Assembly: GCA_036172245.1 (NCBI GenBank)
Contig: JAYWIR010000033.1
Span: 1,674,001-1,738,000, forward strand
Origin: Raillietiella orientalis
Lineage: Eukaryota
Length of the DNA stretch: 64,000 bases
Direction of reading: 5' to 3'
Position numbers and translations under genes: made by a program. Under the pieces are notes generated by a model that ran no database searches, was not told the DNA's origin, and was given only the letters and a program-made list of their open reading frames with translations. Positions 61,601 to 64,000 of the stretch are shown piece by piece; position 1 is the stretch's first letter; every line of letters begins with the position of its first letter.

Positions 61601-64000
61601 CGATGGCTGTCCACTGAAACGCAGTCATTCCCTCGTCGACAAATGCGCTCTCTTCGGGCGCAGCCTGCAGCCTGGGCTGCACCGTGGAGAGATGGCTTCG
61701 GGCGACTCGCACGTCGCCTTTCTGGGACGCCCGTTGTGCACTCGGAACCGCACATCGCCTTTCCTGTGCGCTCCGCGTTTCCCCTAAAATCTCCGAGGAT
61801 CGGGAAGGGGAGCCGGTCGCCGGAGCAGAGGGAGCCGCATTTCGGGAGGAGCACCTAACAGCACGCTCGCTCCGCTGCTCATTGCGATCGCGTCACCGAG
61901 GTGCCATTAGTGGAACTCGCCGAGAGCCACGAGGCGCCGCATCCGGGGCGAAACTGCGCGATTCGATTTCGGAGGATGGGAAACAGACGAAAGCACACAA
62001 TAAAAATAACATGGAACCAAGCAAACCACAAGGGACTCTTTTCGAGAAGACCCTGCCGCGGATGGACAAAGGCAGTCGTTACAGAGATTGAAGGAAGAAG
62101 GCCTTCCCTTCTTTGCGCTCCCCGAGCGCACGGAAGAATCGTCGGTTGCTCACCAGTCCATCCTCACGAGGACTTCGGATTCGAGGGTATCCCAGCCCGT
62201 CTGGAAACGGGAACGTGGGAAACGCTCGTCTCAGGGCGCAGCGGGCTCTTGGGTGACAACGGCAGCTACGCCCCACGTCTGGCAAGGAACACCCTTGCGT
62301 TTCCCGAAGCAGACATCTCTGCGACAACACGAGAGATCGGAATTTCGTCTCTCTCTCTCATTTTCTTCTCTTTTCCCGAAAATCTTCTCGGAAGCAATGA
62401 TAGTAATCCGGAGCGATGCTTTTGGAAATGAGAACCGACGAAAGATAATAATTTAAGATAATCACTAGCAGGAAGACAGACAACCAGCAGCAGAAAGAGA
62501 GAGAGAGAAAAAAAAGACGCACACACACACACACACACACACAGAACGAAACTCTCAGAAGCAAATGCAGGAAACACGGAAACCTCTCGCGCTCTTGATT
62601 AAAGATCGCAGCGAGAACTGATCATGGAGAAGCTATCATCTGGATCACGAACATCAAAAAAACGTGGTCCCAGGGCAGCAGATACGTTGACAACTATCCA
62701 GAATAAATAAAAGCTAAACTGATTGCATCCCAGGTTTGAGAAATGCCATCTCGGAAATGGAAAAAAAAAAAAAAAAAAAAGATTGTTTGTCTCTGTGCGT
62801 GCTTTCCTTTAACGGATCCGTGCTGACCTCGTGGTGGCAAGAGGAGAGGCCGTGCAGCAAGAAAACAAAAAGGGGAACGAAAAATCCCCCGAAAGACGAT
62901 TCAGTCGCCAAAAAAGAAAAAGGAAAAGAAAAAAAAAAAAAAAAAAGAAAGAAAAAGAAAAGGAAAAAAAAAAGGAAGGAGCAATCAATTAAAGAGGGAA
63001 CGAGCTCATTTCGGATTGCCTTCTTGGGAAGGGAATTCATCGCGGAACCGCGGCTGCCTGGTAGCTGCCTCCAGCCTGCATGAGTATGCCTTCCCTTTGT
63101 AGGGAACTGGCACGCCGTTGATTTGCAGGACTCGCTCCGGTGAAAACAGTGATCTCGGGACTCCCTTTGTAGCACACATACCGCGGCAGAAAAGTATGCT
63201 GTTTGTCTGCGGTGGACTCTCGGAGTAGCAGCAGGGTGACCAGAGCGCGGCCGAAAGACAAGAAGCCATCGAGCTGTTTTATGCGCGGCCGAGTTTGCCT
63301 TCGGACTCGTCTTTGTGGAAGCAGTAAAAAGCACTGCTTAATCCCGCTTTGGGAATTCGGTGGGAGCTCTTGTGGCCAAGCAGTCAATCCCTGCCGGATC
63401 TGGAATGCAAACCCCACCCATCTTGCCCCATCTCGTCCTCGTCGTCTGGGACCTTTTTTTTCCCAGGGGACCTCCTGAATTCATTCCTGCCTTAAGGTCT
63501 CCTTCACTTCTTGCACATCCTGCGTTTGATTCGGAGGATTCGTTCCTTCCATATCCTCACGTGACCATCCTGGACTGCATCCCCATTCAGTTTTTTTTTT
63601 TTTTTTCATCAGCATCGGACCGATGAGATATAAGATGATGCGATGTCTCTCATCTATGGTTGTCAACCGGTTCCCTTATGATCCGGACAGCATCTCCAGC
63701 TTCTGTCTCTTCACAGTTCTACCGCATCAGAACAAGTAGAAACGAATGGAAAATCCGTCAGCGGAAATAGGCAACGAGAAAAACCATTTCATGCTTGATA
63801 AGGAATATTACAATGGAAAGAACAAAATAAAATAAAGTGAACAGCACCTATTTAAATCAAGATTTGTTGCTGACAAACTCAAAGAATGGCTGTAAACAGC
63901 AAGATAAATCTAAATATTATGCATGAAGGCAGCCTCACACAGACACGGATACCTCCATTGCTTTTCGAAATATTTTAGCAGAGTAGAATTAACTCTTTCC

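Noticed and set aside
58900..63500. Further probable LINE remnants
   Set aside because: The motifs are too degraded to assign strand, family or boundaries by eye.

Overview
Gene-free eukaryotic DNA, probably from an invertebrate animal (inferred from the TE mix), made almost entirely of nested, heavily frameshifted transposable-element remnants. I found no intact protein-coding gene, rRNA, tRNA or CRISPR array, and most listed ORFs are incidental. The first ~45 kb holds more than a dozen remnants, on both strands, of restriction-like-endonuclease (RLE) non-LTR retrotransposons (R2/NeSL/Utopia-like). The best preserved is a CCHC plus endonuclease region at 32.2-32.8 kb. The last ~19 kb is mostly RTE and other LINE, mariner and possible MULE debris. 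The most notable signals are: (1) a structured 3' UTR shared by three diverged RLE copies, with pairing-preserving changes; (2) a 3 x 101-bp tandem repeat with the same crossed-stem layout between two RLE remnants; (3) near-identical, mosaic copies of already-dead elements; (4) an 89-bp structured inverted repeat bracketing the best RLE remnant; (5) a mariner built from two right ends. All family calls come from motifs read by eye across frameshifts, with no database search. Element boundaries and percent identities are approximate.
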